64,000 nt of DNA from Phoronis australis (GCA_002633005.1 NMRA01000027.1:1611118-1675117), one strand, 5' to 3'; counted from the stretch's first letter, positions 1 to 12,743 are shown. A program made the numbers and translations. Notes: generated by a model from the sequence alone, not told the origin.

Positions 1-287
1 TTATACCACGGCATATTAATGCGTAGAAACGGCGCACAACTAGTGACTGGTTTAACATGACAAATACACATACGCGGTCTGAAAATAGTGAAATTCAGAC
101 ACCTATTACCAAGCCTGCCTGAAGGGCTGACAAAGTTTTTATTGTATTAATTTCAAGGGCATGGAGTCTTCTACATGTCCATGTTATTATTTTTAGTTTT
201 CTCGCGGGGGCAGCTTCGCTATAAGGGTACAACTTACTGCTGGTTTTTCACAAGAAGGAAATGTACCTCCACGGAAACAGTTCCAGT

Positions 288-301
288 GTTACCATGGTAA
301 C
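288..301. promoter_or_regulatory. Perfect palindromic RFX X-box-like site GTTACCATGGTAAC
   Basis: Matches the X-box consensus GTNRCC(N)RGYAAC. Function not demonstrated. Confidence 0.4.
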
Positions 302-893
302 CGATATTGCAGTGTCGGTGCCGTTTTTACTGACATTGGTCATGAACCTATCATGTGATATCAAAATTGTTCAGAAACGATTCTGTTTGAAGCAGAAACT
401 GGAGTAGAAAATTTGGTCAAAAATGACTCGTTCCACACCAAGAAATTGCCTCATTTTGCCCCCAAGAACACTTCCCTTGTATCTCCTAAACCACCAAACT
501 TTGTGGCGTCATACTTCACCCAATTTCTCTCATCTCTAATGTGATTTATCAGGCTAAACATGGATCTGAATGGCTGACCCCCCACCTTGCCGCTTGTTGG
601 CTGTACAGTGGTCGGTGGATCCGTGGACTGATACTTAAGTGTCCACAGCAAAAAGTCAGTGTTCATAAAAAAGTCAATGTTCATAAAAATGGTGATCACA
701 ATCGTGTTATGTTTTATATAATGATTAAAAAGTATTCACTGCCAGAGGATTCAGAAAGTACCATGATAGCTTTAGTAGTTGAACTTTTGCCATAAAAAGT
801 TATTTGACGTGGATGGGCTTCTGGAAAGTTGATGTTTACCCTTTATTTGAAAAGTATGAATACGCTTGACTCGTGTGTCTTTCTCTTTCACAG

Positions 894-1107
894 ATGCACA
901 TCACCATTGAAAGCGATGACTACAGCTTGTTTGTCGGGCGTAACCAATCGGATGTCTTTCACAAGTTTAAAGATTCAGAGCTCACGTGGTTTCATCTCAA
1001 GCGTATGATGCCATGGAAAACAGACACTGTGACGCTGGATCCATTTTACAACTCTTGCTTGGGAATACTAACCAAAGAGCCATACACTGTTGGTGTTCAC
1101 ATAAAAG
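894..1107 (+). CDS. NEMP1: NEMP1/TMEM194-family gene, internal exon (upstream exons not identified or outside the window)
   Basis: Pyrimidine tract + CAG acceptor (891-893) and G|GTTTGA donor. Encodes MHITIESDDYSLFVG...TLDPFYNSCLGILTKEPYTVGVHIK. The phase-1 end joins the 3183 exon in frame. Confidence 0.75.
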
Positions 1108-2277
1108 GTTTGATGGGACAAATGGTGCTTGTGAAAGAATATGCAGGACACATCAAATGTAACTGGACAAATTACTGTTTTCCAGTAGAAAGCACCTAAT
1201 TTTGCTTTATGTTGGAACATGTGTTTGGCAATGACTAGTAAAAAGGCAATAAAAGAGTCGATAGACTGGTAAAAGGTATCCTGACGTGTCACCCATGTGG
1301 ACTTTTTTGTGGCAAATAGCTGTAAGCAACAGAGTACTAAAAAATAAAACAATTAGGTGGTACCAAGTGCACTGCGCTCTGTTTTCTTACAACTGTTTGC
1401 CATTGAAGAAATACACAAGAATGACACGTACTGTTAACACCTTGTTAACATTCCAATAAATTCCGTCCTGAAAGTCGACTATGATGTTGGATTCTGCTTT
1501 TGCCTAGTAGACATGTCATTTTGTCCGATTACTTTTGATTTGTCTTATATCTATGTCATAATTGTTGTACAATGCTGTTGTTGTCATTGGTGAAAAAGTA
1601 ATATTCATCTCAGACAACATTGCTGTCAAAATGAAGTCGCTGCCTAAGGTGAGAGGAGAGTCTGCTCAATTTTTGGCTTGACTGAGCAATACTCTGCTTG
1701 CCATTACATACTGGGTCTAGGGGTAGTCTTCAACTTTCAGGCAATGGGTTTGATGGCACTTAATTTTAGAGGTTCCATATTCACTATTGTGGGTACAATC
1801 GCTATGACTACCAATGAGCTCCTCAGACGTTTTACCACTCTGAAAACTGTATTAAAATGTGCCACTAACTTGTGGTTCGGCAGTTTTCTAACAATTTAAA
1901 ATACTCTCAAATTCCAAATGAAATTGAAAATGCCAATAAAGTCAAAAATAGCATTAATTGTTTCCTCCAACTCATTTTGAAACCACATTTCATTAATTAA
2001 GAAAAAATAACTGCATCATTTTAGTGGTTGGAAGTTCTTTTTTATATTTTTTCTTGTTTTAAAAGCTACTCAAAGTTATCTCTGCTGGTTTTTGTTGAAT
2101 GAATTGACTTCGTTGGCAAATCAATAAGGATTACATCTTTCGTGACTATAAGAACAAGCTTCAAAATGTAGTTTGTGTGTTTTTGACTTATGGCAACATT
2201 ATTCCTAACATTCTCCTGCAGTCATACGATGACTTATCATTAATAAAAATGGTTGTGTGGATTACCCAGCAATGCCA

Positions 2278-3140
2278 TTTTTATGCGCCCACATATTTAT
2301 ATATGTGGACGCATTATGCTGTCATCCAAGTCCATCCGGCAACTGGCCGTCTGGCGTCTGCTGCTCTATCTCAAAAACTGTTTGACATATGTTCATGAAA
2401 TGTTGCACATGTGTTCCTTTTAAGGATGGGATGACATGAGCAAACTTTCGGATGGATCCGACCACCAGTGTGCCCCCTAGTGGCAATTTTTATTTTTTCA
2501 CGCCTAACTCTATCTTCAAAGGTCGTCAATAGATTTTCATAAAATTTGACATACAGGCATCTATTTGTAAGATGATGCTGTTTTTTCGTTTTCATATGGA
2601 TTCCAGGTATTTTGCGCCACCTAGTGGCTATTTTTACTTTTTTGAGACTTCTTTTGTGTCCGCCCCTCTATCAACCAAACTGCTGTAAAGATGGTTGAGA
2701 AAATTTGCATGTATGTTTTTAGTATGAGGAGGACGGCTGACAATAATTTCCCGATGACTTTGACTACTGTGGTGCCTCCCAGTGGCAGTTTTGTTTACTT
2801 TTATGCCCAAAGCTGTATCTCCTAATTTCACTGCAGAATATTTATTAAATTTAATAAGTGTATTTATATGAAGTTGACAACAGACTTTCAGACGGATACG
2901 ATGAACGCTGTGTCCCCTATTGGCAATTTCATTTTTTTTTTCCTTTGTTTCTCTGAAGTTCCTTTCCAGATTTTAATGAAATTTCTTAAATAGCTCTCTA
3001 TTAAAAATGATGGCATGTTCCTTATTTCGGCATATTATGCATCATCTAGTGGCCATTTTTTTGATAGAAATAAACAACCCTAGAAGCACACCGTTTGTGG
3101 TGCATTCGTGAGCGCATTTCAACGCTTGCGTTGCTCTTGA
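2278..3140. mobile_element. Degenerate interspersed repeat with ~140-bp internal tandem units (Helentron/HINE-like organisation) in a NEMP1 intron
   Basis: Starts TTTTTATGCGCCC and contains a decayed (GTCC)n-like tract near 2330-2360. Five diverged units follow, each with a GYGCCMCCTAGTGGC-like motif (2470, 2614, 2772, 2910, 3039). Confidence 0.45.
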
Positions 3141-3182
3141 TATGTTACCTTGTGAGTCATACTCATGTGGCATTTCTTTCAG

Positions 3183-3255
3183 ATCCCCACAAAATGTTCC
3201 TGCTCGTGTTTCTAGTTGGTGTTGGTCTATTCTTCGGTGCTGATGAGTTAAGCAA
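3183..3255 (+). CDS. NEMP1: NEMP1 exon (first transmembrane segment)
   Basis: tttctttcAG acceptor and AA|GTAGGT donor. Encodes (D)PHKMFLLVFLVGVGLFFGADELS(K). Phases 1 and 2 fit both neighbours. Absent from the ORF track. Confidence 0.85.
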
Positions 3256-3600
3256 GTAGGTTGCAGATGTTTGAGTGAGTGAATAGCAGAGCTTTGGGTA
3301 ACTGAATAGCAAAGGTTTGGGTAAGTGATTAGCAGAGGTTTGGGTAATTGAATGGCAGAGGTTTGTGTAAGTGAGTGGCAGAGGTTTTGGTAACTGAATA
3401 GCAAAGGTTTGGGTAAGTGAGTAGCAGAGGATTGGGTAACTGAATAGCAAAGGTTTGGGTAAATGAGTAGCGGAGGTTATTTAATTGAATAGCAAAGGTT
3501 TGGGTAAGTGATTAGCAGATGTTTCAGTAAATGAAAAGCAGTTGCTGTGGGTTAATGTATAGCAGAAGCTTGAGTAAGTGAATAGCAGATGCAAAATGCA
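3256..3600. repeat. 23-bp minisatellite, ~14 copies (GGTAA[C/G]TGA[A/G]TAGCA[A/G]AGGTTTG)
   Basis: Directly visible tandem units. Accounts for the repetitive minus-strand ORFs at 3042-3450. Confidence 0.92.
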
Positions 3601-3667
3601 GAAAATGGTGGTTGAAAACTCAGAAGACTCCTTTGTATTTAATGTCTGTAATTTTGCTCCATTTCAG

Positions 3668-3751
3668 AAACATCCTATTCTACTATGGGTCTGGTGTGAG
3701 TCTGGGTGTGCTGGCTTCGCTGTTGATCGTTGTGTTTATAGTCAGCAGATA
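3668..3751 (+). CDS. NEMP1: NEMP1 exon, 3' end lost in the assembly gap at 3752
   Basis: atttcAG acceptor. Encodes NILFYYGSGVSLGVLASLLIVVFIVSR, the conserved NEMP FYYxxGxxxGxxASLL segment. Interrupted by N before any donor. Confidence 0.85.
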
Positions 3752-4522
3752 NTGGCGGAAATAGGGAAAGACGTTGTATAATTGACCTGGTTTTCAGAAG
3801 GTTGGCCCCTAAATGTGACTGAGCTGAGGCAATTTTTTATTAATGTAATATTTACAATGAGGGTAGTCCCATCAGTTCACACTGCTTTCCATGGGGCCCT
3901 CAGATAACAAGCAAACATAAATCAAGTGATATATTTCACCATTCCAGCTCATCAGCAGTGCAACTTACTGTGCAGCAGTGATACTTTACTAAGTGATACA
4001 AGGAAGAATCTCTAAATAATTCAGCTGCAATATTATGATTAACATGACATTAGTGTACAACTGCGGGACTAGGGCACTACAAGTGCATAGAACTGTGGGT
4101 AAATATGGCAGAAACAAAGATGGTGCTGTGGTATTTCAGGATGTAGCTACTCTTATTACAATAATTGTAAACTGGCTTACAGGTCGGAATTTCTGGATTA
4201 GAAATAACTTTTCCTTGTAAAATCAAAGATTCAAGTGAATTTGATTACACCTTATGTTAAATAGATGAGCAGAGTGTATTGTCAACCATTAATGTTCTAT
4301 CAGATACTGTCAACATAGTTCAAAAATAATGTATTTCATTCAGACAGTTATCTCTGCAGAGTTAACTGAAACTTGAAAACTCGTGCACAGGATTAGTTTG
4401 ATTATTGCATAAAGGCAAATGCCTTCTTCAGCAACGGAATGCGATGCTGTCGCTACGTGGAATCTTACTTTTACACAACTCGGACCTGGTTGTACATAGG
4501 CTATCATTTTCTGAATTCTCAG

Positions 4523-4863
4523 AAGTACGGCGGAATCGCTTTCCTCGTCGGTGGCTGGTCGTTTGTTCTCTACTTCATCCAGTTGCTGTGGACTAATCTA
4601 CAGAGTGTTTTGGAGCGTTACTCTCAATACGTTCTCGGCTACTTCACTGTGGCCGGTCTCCTGAGTTTTGCCCTCTGCTACTGGCGAGGGCCTGTGACCA
4701 ACCCCAGGACGTTGAACCTCATTAAGTGGTCTATACAGTTTGCTGGCTTGGTGCTCATTTATAACAGTTCACAGATTCAGGAAGTGTCTATGTTCTGCGT
4801 GTTGTCTGTCCTCGCCGTTCATAACTTCCCGCGGTGGGTGATCTGCAGTATTCAAATGTCATG
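4523..4863 (+). CDS. NEMP1: NEMP1 exon (multi-pass transmembrane core)
   Basis: ttctcAG acceptor and TG|GTAAGT donor. KYGGIAFLVGGWSFVLYFIQ...SFALCYWRGPVTNPRTLNLIKWSIQ resembles the vertebrate NEMP1 LVGGWSFSLYLIQ...SFAVCYKYGP segment as recalled. Confidence 0.92.
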
Positions 4864-5434
4864 GTAAGTTACAAGGTTATGCTTTGTAGTTCGACATTGT
4901 CGGGTATTTTATGTTACAATATATTTATTGTGATATTTAAAATGAGGGTGGCCTTTTCAGTGATAGCACTGCTTTCCAAGAGGGCCTCAATGTAATTAAT
5001 GTTTTTCTTTGACACTAAAAAGTCAGAATGACATATTTTTATTAAATCTTTATTGTAAGCTGTATAGATTTTTCTTTTTGCATGCGTGACATACATTTTA
5101 TTTAATACATGACATACTTTGAATATTCATTATGTACATATCGATACTCATAACTTGCATCTGTTACGCATGTTCTACTCGGTATATTCATAAATTTCAT
5201 TGTATTGGCATTAATTAAAACTTTGTATTCATACCTTAATACGTACCTTGCATGGTATATGCATTGTATACATTATATTTGCTATAGCTTACCTTAACTT
5301 CTCAAAAAAGACGTGTATGGTAATTTTTCACGTATTTAGCCTACAATATGGCCGGCAAGTGAAATTCAATTTGCTAAGTTACTACAAAAATAAAGAGCAA
5401 AGAACACTAACAATTTTGCTCAAGTTCCCATTAT

Positions 5435-5538
5435 TGTATAAATCCTGTTCATTGTGCAATTCAATACGCATGTATAAATCCTGTTCATTGTGCAATTCAA
5501 TACGCATGATTGTATAAATCCTGTTCATTGTGCAATTC
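5435..5538. repeat. 36-bp tandem repeat, ~2.8 copies
   Basis: TGTATAAATCCTGTTCATTGTGCAATTCAATACGCA starts at 5435 and 5471, with a partial copy at 5511. Confidence 0.9.
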
Positions 5539-5716
5539 TTCGAAGTGGGATGCTAAAACCAGATGTACATTTTCTTTTTATGTAGATCAGTACTTATAGA
5601 ACCTTAAGCATGTGATCTAGATCTGTTAAATTTCTAGAACATTCTGTTGCCTATATCCATGACCCTCAGCTAATAGTAGTGTCGTTCTTGTCTGTTTCCA
5701 TTTGATATAATGACAG

Positions 5717-5878
5717 GGTCAGACTCTTCCCACCGAAAGTCAAACTGTTGTCTGAGGACGAATATATACAGCAGGGAACGAAAGAAACACGCAAAGCACT
5801 AGAGGATCTTCGTGAATATTGCCGCAGTCCTGAGTGTGACGCTTGGAAAGTCATTAGTAGGATCAAGAGTCCACAGAG
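5717..5878 (+). CDS. NEMP1: NEMP1 exon (conserved nucleoplasmic C-terminal region)
   Basis: gacAG acceptor and AG|GTGCAT donor. Encodes VRLFPPKVKLLSEDEYIQQGTKETRKALEDLREYCRSPECDAWKVISRIKSPQR, the hallmark NEMP motif (LLTEEEY..QG..ETRKALEELREFC.SP.C.AWK..SRI.SP.RF). Confidence 0.95.
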
Positions 5879-6130
5879 GTGCATTATAGTTGTCTTTATT
5901 CAGGTTTCAATGCTCTCCTTTGCTTTTATATTAACTTTGGAGTAGTCTTGGGACACTTGACATTTCGCTTTGGTGTGCTGGTATGACTGTGTGTGGTCTC
6001 AAACACTATGGAATGAGAAGGTTTTTTAGCATTGGTCTGACTTGTATAAATGCATACGTTCAAATAGTCAAACAAGACCCTTCTTTACGAACTTTCTTTC
6101 TAGCCTCTCTTCAGCTTACAACAAAATGCA

Positions 6131-8027
6131 TAATTAGTTCTGACCTAAATCCTGACCTGCACTCACCGACTAAAAAAACACTTGTCTCCATCAATTTCAG
6201 CCAAAGTCTTGTGTTTTTTTGGACAATTGCACAAAGACACGGTTTGAAATGCTACAATATGCCAACCAACGGGTTGCAAAATCAAACCATGTACCATTTC
6301 AATTTTCTTTTCTGAAGAAGTGAGCAAATAAAAGTAACGCACCACCTACTTGATTTTCAGAAAAACACAGACCATGCTTTCTGGCCTTCTAGAGTACTGT
6401 CTTTCTTGTTGCATAATAAATTGTAAATCTCTTTTTTCAGATTTGCTCAGTTTGTCGAAGGCAGTCCTCACGTAACGGACACGGAACTTCTGCACTATGA
6501 CTCAGATGCAGAAGAACTCCTACAGCCAGACTTCACAGATGATGAGTCAGAGATAGATTTCAGACTTTCTTCGCAATAGCGAATTTAATCATAGGTCATT
6601 GTAAATACCATGCCTGGATGACCCTTCATTTGAAATACCATGCCTTGGTGACCCGTCATTTTAAAACTGATGCAAGTGGTCGTAGGTTTTAATTTATATG
6701 TGTTCTTGATGATGAGCAGCTTAGATATTTGTGTTACTGCATAGGCCTAGGCTGGACTCGCTTTAACATGAGGTAAGATAATATTCTATGCATGACTGTG
6801 TGATTTCATGTGGAGTGTTTGTGTGTAAGTGATAGTTCAAGTTGACGCCTTTTGCCGTTCTGGACATCAAGTGCCGGAATGTGCTGATTACAATCTGGCA
6901 AGTGCCATGTTGTTATAGAAATAAATCCTCTGAATGGTGCTGAATTGCAAACAGTTGTTTGATCACATCTAAAGGTCATCAGTGCATCCAATGTACTAAG
7001 TAAATCCCTACTTTACGTTTTCTACCCCATTTCACTTGTCATGGAACATACCTCCACTTGTCCAAAATAGCAAAACCCGAAANTAATTAGTTCTGACCTA
7101 AATCCCGACCTGCACTCACCGACTAAAAAACACTCGTGTCCATCAATTTCAGCCAAAGTCTTGTGTTTTTTAGCACAAAGACACGGTTTGGAATGCTGTA
7201 ATATGCCAACCAACGAGTTACAAAATCAAATCGTGTACCATTTCAATTTTCTTTTCTGGAGAAGTGAGCAAATAAAAATAACGCACCACCTACTTGATTT
7301 TCAGAAAAACACAGACCATGCTTTCTGGCCTTATAGAGTACTGTCTTTCGTGTTGCATAATAAATTGTAGATCTCTTTTTTCAGATTTGCTCAGTTTGTC
7401 GAAGGCAGTCCTCACGTAACGGACACGGAACTTCTGGACTATGACTCAGATGCAGAAGAACTCCTACAGCCAGACTTCACGGATGATGAGTCAGAGATAG
7501 ATTTCAGACTTTCTTCGCAATAGCGAATTTAATCATAGGTCATTGTAAATACCATGCCTGGATGACCCTTCATTTGAAATACCATGCCTTGGTGACCCGT
7601 CATTTTAAAACTGATGCAAGTGGTCGTAGGTTTTAATTTATATGTGTTCTTGATGATGAGCAGCTTAGATATTTGTGTTACTGCATAGGCCTAGGCTGGA
7701 CTCGCTTTAACATGAGGTAAGATAATATTCTATGCATGACTGTGTGATTTCATGTGGAGTGTTTGTGTGTAAGTGATAGTTCAAGTTGACGCCTTTTGCC
7801 GTTCTGGACATCAAGTGCCGGAATGTGCTGATTACAATCTGGCAAGTGCCATGTTGTTATAGAAATAAATCCTCTGAATGGTGCTGAATTGCAAACAGTT
7901 GTTTGATCACATCTAAAGGTCATCAGTGCATCCAATGTACTAAGTAAATCCCTACTTTACGTTTTCTACCCCATTTCACTTGTCATGGAACATACCTCCA
8001 CTTGTCCAAAATAGCAAAACCCGAAAA
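6131..8027. repeat. ~950-bp direct duplication (6131-7082 / 7084-8027) around a single N, including a second copy of the NEMP1 last exon (7385-7523); probable allelic-overlap assembly artefact
   Basis: Near-identical copies abut the N at 7083 and differ by scattered substitutions and indels (e.g. CAC vs GAC codon). Confidence 0.85.
6441..6579 (+). CDS. NEMP1: NEMP1 terminal coding exon
   Basis: cttttttcAG acceptor. Encodes FAQFVEGSPHVTDTELLHYDSDAEELLQPDFTDDESEIDFRLSSQ* (RFAxFVEGSxH motif plus acidic tail). TAG at 6577-6579. Confidence 0.92.
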
Positions 8028-11000
8028 GTTTTAGTTATTGATGAACTTGTGATCACTATTTTGTTTCTGTGTTTACAAAAACACCTCTCCATAACACTGT
8101 TGACCCACATCATCGTGTGATCAAGCGACACTCGAGGTCAGAAGGTCACAATGCCATTGATGCTATCAAAATTTCAATTGCTGTTCATTTTATGATGGAC
8201 TTGTAGACCTTGTTAGGAATCTTAAAATGATAATGTACTATTAGCTTTGTGAGGAAATGCAGCGAAATTAGCAACTGTTCCAGAAACTATTCATTGCAAG
8301 AAATGGAACTCATTGATCAGCTTTAATGGAACAAAACGGACAAGTAATATGCGAAGATCATTCAGATGATTGGAAATCCCCTATGAGAAATCACACAGTC
8401 AAACATGGAATTTAAGGGAATCCCACTTGCAGTTCAAAAGATTCAGTTTAAAGTCCCATCTAGTGTCATCTTGGATATTTAATTCACACTACATTAGATG
8501 TATGGCTATCCTATGTCAGAGACTATTGTTTCACTCTATTTGGTCTCTGGGACAACTGGTGCATTTGAGTGTAACTTTGACTTTGGGAACATCAAAACCG
8601 ATCTCCACCCAATAACCAAACTTACTCCTTGAAGTTATACTACAGCACTGGTTTTCTTTTGCGTGATTCTGAGGAATACTTGTTGCTGACGTAGATTGCA
8701 GGCTGGTGAAGCCATCAAGTCAAACACATCTAAAAGGGTACTGCATGGGTCATTAATGATATGAATATAATCAGTGTCCAGGTCACATTCTGAATCCGAT
8801 GGATTTTACCACCATAGTCCCTAGGCAACATTTGTTTATTGTAGTTGTGATACATATCATTTGTGTTTGACTTGAGTCTTATAGTCTTTAGTGATTAGAC
8901 TCTAGTTTGTGCTACCTTTTTACAGAAATAATACTTTTGATAAAGATGATTGAAATTAATTGTAAAATAATCATGTGATGTTGAATTTGTTCTTCTACAT
9001 CGTCAGATGGTGGTCCTAGTGAATCTGTAGTTAATGCTGCAATTTGGCCTGATCAGCTACGAAATGAATATGGAATTGGGTTTTTTCCTCTCATAAAATT
9101 AGTCTCATAATATTCCTCACCAAGATAGGATTTTGTATCCGTCCTCAACTTTTATCACATATAATGCATACCTGCACCTTTTAAAAAAATGTTCGCCACT
9201 TTAGGATTGACTAACTCAGTAAAATCCTTTTCTTGAGTCTTTGATGATTTCTGCAATGTATGATTGTCCTTCTTGGTGGATTTCTAAGGAATATTACAAG
9301 ACAGGTTTTATGAAAGTAAAAGGTTTTATTCAATTTTCGTTTTTAGACAGTTCAATGGTGAAATACTGCTTATTTACATGATGGAGATTGTCTGATTATA
9401 CTGCATGTGCCCATTTTTAGGACTGTGCACCTTTATTTTTACAAATTCTTTGCTCAATTGTTACACATATAGGCGCATACACAGCTAAGCTTCATTCTAA
9501 AGTACAGGCTTGTTGGGTAGTGTTCTGATGTTGAAACTCCTAAACACCTGCCTTGCCCTGCTAAGGAGCAGTTCTTTTACACCATTACTGCCTATAGTGC
9601 ATTGCAACAAATGAAAAACTGTCCATTATTAACAGACACTGTTGGACTTGAAACCTTTCACAAGCAACCTGTTGATTGATAAAAGAGCTCTCCTGAGTTT
9701 AGCACAGCTGTTTCTGGCAATGGGCCCAATGACCCTTTTACAGCAAAAACATACCATATACCATCTGTCATTTTTAAAGATGTTTTACCATTCTTTGAAC
9801 TTTTCACTTTATGTGATGTTGAATAGGTGCCACCGTGTTGTAAGGGATAAGCAAAGTTTCACTGGTATGCTATTGTCAAACTTCGTCCTTGTGTCCAAAT
9901 CCAGATATAGTCACAGTTTCAAATACCTTACAGTGCATGGGCCTTGATATGTGCATATGCTGCATGAGCACCACCTGGTGGTAGTTTTCTTGACCTTGAA
10001 ATTTAATGTCATTTTATTTTTTTTAAAGTGTTTTCACATGTTGTTAGGACTTGTAGTCATTAGAAGCCCATAGTCATGCTCACCATTGAACCCCTCTGTG
10101 TGTTTTACATTGAATGACAATCATCATTTTGATCAAGCTAACAGGTTTCAGATGCTCTTAATCTGCCATCTGCCAACAATCGTAACTTTGGATTGAGACC
10201 ACTTGCCTCTATGAGAGTGGTGTCCACTTGTTCCCGTTTCGTGTAGTGTTAGTTATTTCTCAGCTTGGAAAAACTGGCCATCCTAGTCATGCCTTGTTGG
10301 TCCTGTTCTATTGCACTAACTCACTGTCAGTTCTTTCCAAGTCCAAGAACCACGAACTGTTAAGTGTTAAGCGGTCTACACTGTATATTACGAGAAGTTA
10401 GTTATTTGGACTGAAGGCAACTTTGAGTCTTCGTGGTGCGTAAAGTGTCAAATTTATGTCTAAAGAGTTTGTATACATACGTGTACATTAACCATTAGGT
10501 GGTAGACCTTCAGGTATACACGTTTGTTTGAATGCGACTTTACAGTTGAATCGTCCACATTTTACTAGTCGCTCTGGTACGTATTTAGTGGCAATCTTAG
10601 ACTTGCATCAGTCCTGTACAGAAGTTGTCAGATGTCATCGCGAACATCTGACAACTCCTGTATATGCCTGATCCAAGTATCGGATCGCTACTACTGTACG
10701 TACGTACGAGAGGACACTGGTAGAATGTGGATGATTCAACTGCAAGGTCGTGTTCAATCAAACGTACACTGTACATTAACAATGGTTTCGTTTAGGGTAA
10801 TCTCCGTTCGGAATAATGTACATGTACCAGCATCAATAAAACCTAGATATTTAACAGACCAAGTAGAAATTAAAGCTTTAACCAAATCATGCAAATCATT
10901 AACGCAACCTTGCTCCCCCTGTATTAGCAAATAACAGATTCAGTTTCTATAAAGTCAGTATACAGTATACAGTAAACAACTGTTTCAGTTATTTTACAAG

Positions 11001-11731
11001 CTTTAACTTAAGCTTGTTTAATTGTTTCAACCCTTTTGTTGTTTAATTCGCAGGTTATTTCTACACAGTGGGTTTCAGTAGAGTAGATAATTTGATATTG
11101 TAGTTTTTGATAAAGATTGGCCGAGAACCATACTGCTACGTTGGTTAGATTGCAATGAATCTGAAAAATCATGTCCTGAAAAAAGCAAGTTAACACTGTT
11201 TGTTTTAGATGGTTATACTGCGGTCAGAGTGAAGCCACATGTGTTGTTTTTGGCGTAAAATAGACCCACTTGGCAGAAGCGGAGTTTAATTCAACTTGCA
11301 GCAAAGAATGCAAAGACGATTCCTTAGTTACGTCAAAACAATACTTTAATCCGTCGCAATGTCTTGTTAATACTTTCAATTTGTGTGTATGGTAATCTCT
11401 CAAATATAATTGTTGGCATTGTAATTTGATTGAACCGCTAAAATCGATGGTCATGTCTTTACTGGATTTTTCTTTTCTGAAAGCGGTACTGTGCTATATG
11501 CTATTGAAGGATATGGTTTCTTGTCCAACTCCCTAATAATCACACTTGTCTGCTCTTAATAAGTAAGTTGACCTGATCACATTTATCAATACTCAAAACC
11601 GTGCAGATCCCATATTTTGCGTTTAATCTGGGTATTATTGATCTCACCCTCTGTATATTTATTGTGAAATGACGTTTTTGTATCTGATTAAGTAAACTGT
11701 ACTTTGTTCATTGTTTTAATGGTTGTTCTGT

Positions 11732-11737
11732 AATAAA
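11732..11737 (+). terminator. Candidate polyadenylation signal for NEMP1 (alternative AATAAA at 10835)
   Basis: AATAAA at the end of a long TG/T-rich UTR-like stretch. Confidence 0.3.
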
Positions 11738-12743
11738 CATGTTTTCTTGATATTTATACCTATTCAATTAGAATTAAATCTACTATAAACCTACATGAAA
11801 ATGACGGGATAGGACAAGTCTCACCACTTTATAGGTTTACCGCCTTAACAGCAGTCATTCTGAATAGGGAATGTGTTACCTTACCCGTCGAATGCCTTTC
11901 GCCCATATCGTATACTAATTTACTTACCATACATACACTGCAAAAGTACTTTGAACCTTTCCAGTCGATTTCTGTGATAACGAAATTGATTAAATTTGCA
12001 AATCCTCGAACCGGGTGTGGTGAGGGAATTGAGCAGTTCCGAAAACGTCACAAACGACCCAAAGTAGTGAGCTGCGTTCCCTGGCTTTTCAGTTCTGATA
12101 ATTTTGCTAGATGAGGAAGACGTTTGCTGATTTTCAGTCCCAGTCTCATTGAATAGCAATTTGACTTTGACGTCAGCAGTGATTCCAGAAACTGGTAGGC
12201 CTATTTAAACCGATACAACAAACGCATTGAGCGACTTGCTCGGGCATCACACTCCCGCGGGTTTGAATTATTGTTAATATTGTTTGTAAAAATCATCTAA
12301 AAACACCAATAGCACATTTCAGAGATATGAAATTTCAATTTGACCAAAAGCGCCTTTTACAGGTAATATTTTCCTTTAAGTTATGGGCACCAAGTGGTGC
12401 TGCTCAGACTTCCTCGATCAGTGTCCTAAACTGAACTGTGGCCCTGTTGGCTGGGCGCTACTGTCGAAAGCAACCATCATGCGACATCTCTCTTGGTCGG
12501 ATCTAGACGCGTTACTCTATACTTGCATTATGAATACACAAATGTTCATTTTTGTTGAATTTAATGAACTTGAACTGTAAGATATTACTAATGTAGTAAC
12601 AGTAAGAAACAACAAATACTTGTCTATTTCCTCTCCAGTTTCACCAAGCTATTTCATACCCTACTCCTGAACAGGCACACAGCTTATGCTCACGTTGTAT
12701 TTACGCTGCTAACATAAATGTGCAAAATTTACAAATCAACGAG

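Noticed and set aside
3042-3450. Repetitive minus-strand ORFs (YPNLCYSLTQTSA...)
   Set aside because: Translations of the 23-bp minisatellite, antisense to a NEMP1 intron and exon.
4439-4522. N-terminal part of ORF 4439-4867
   Set aside because: It lies upstream of the acceptor at 4521-4522. NEMP similarity begins at 4523, so this part is intronic.
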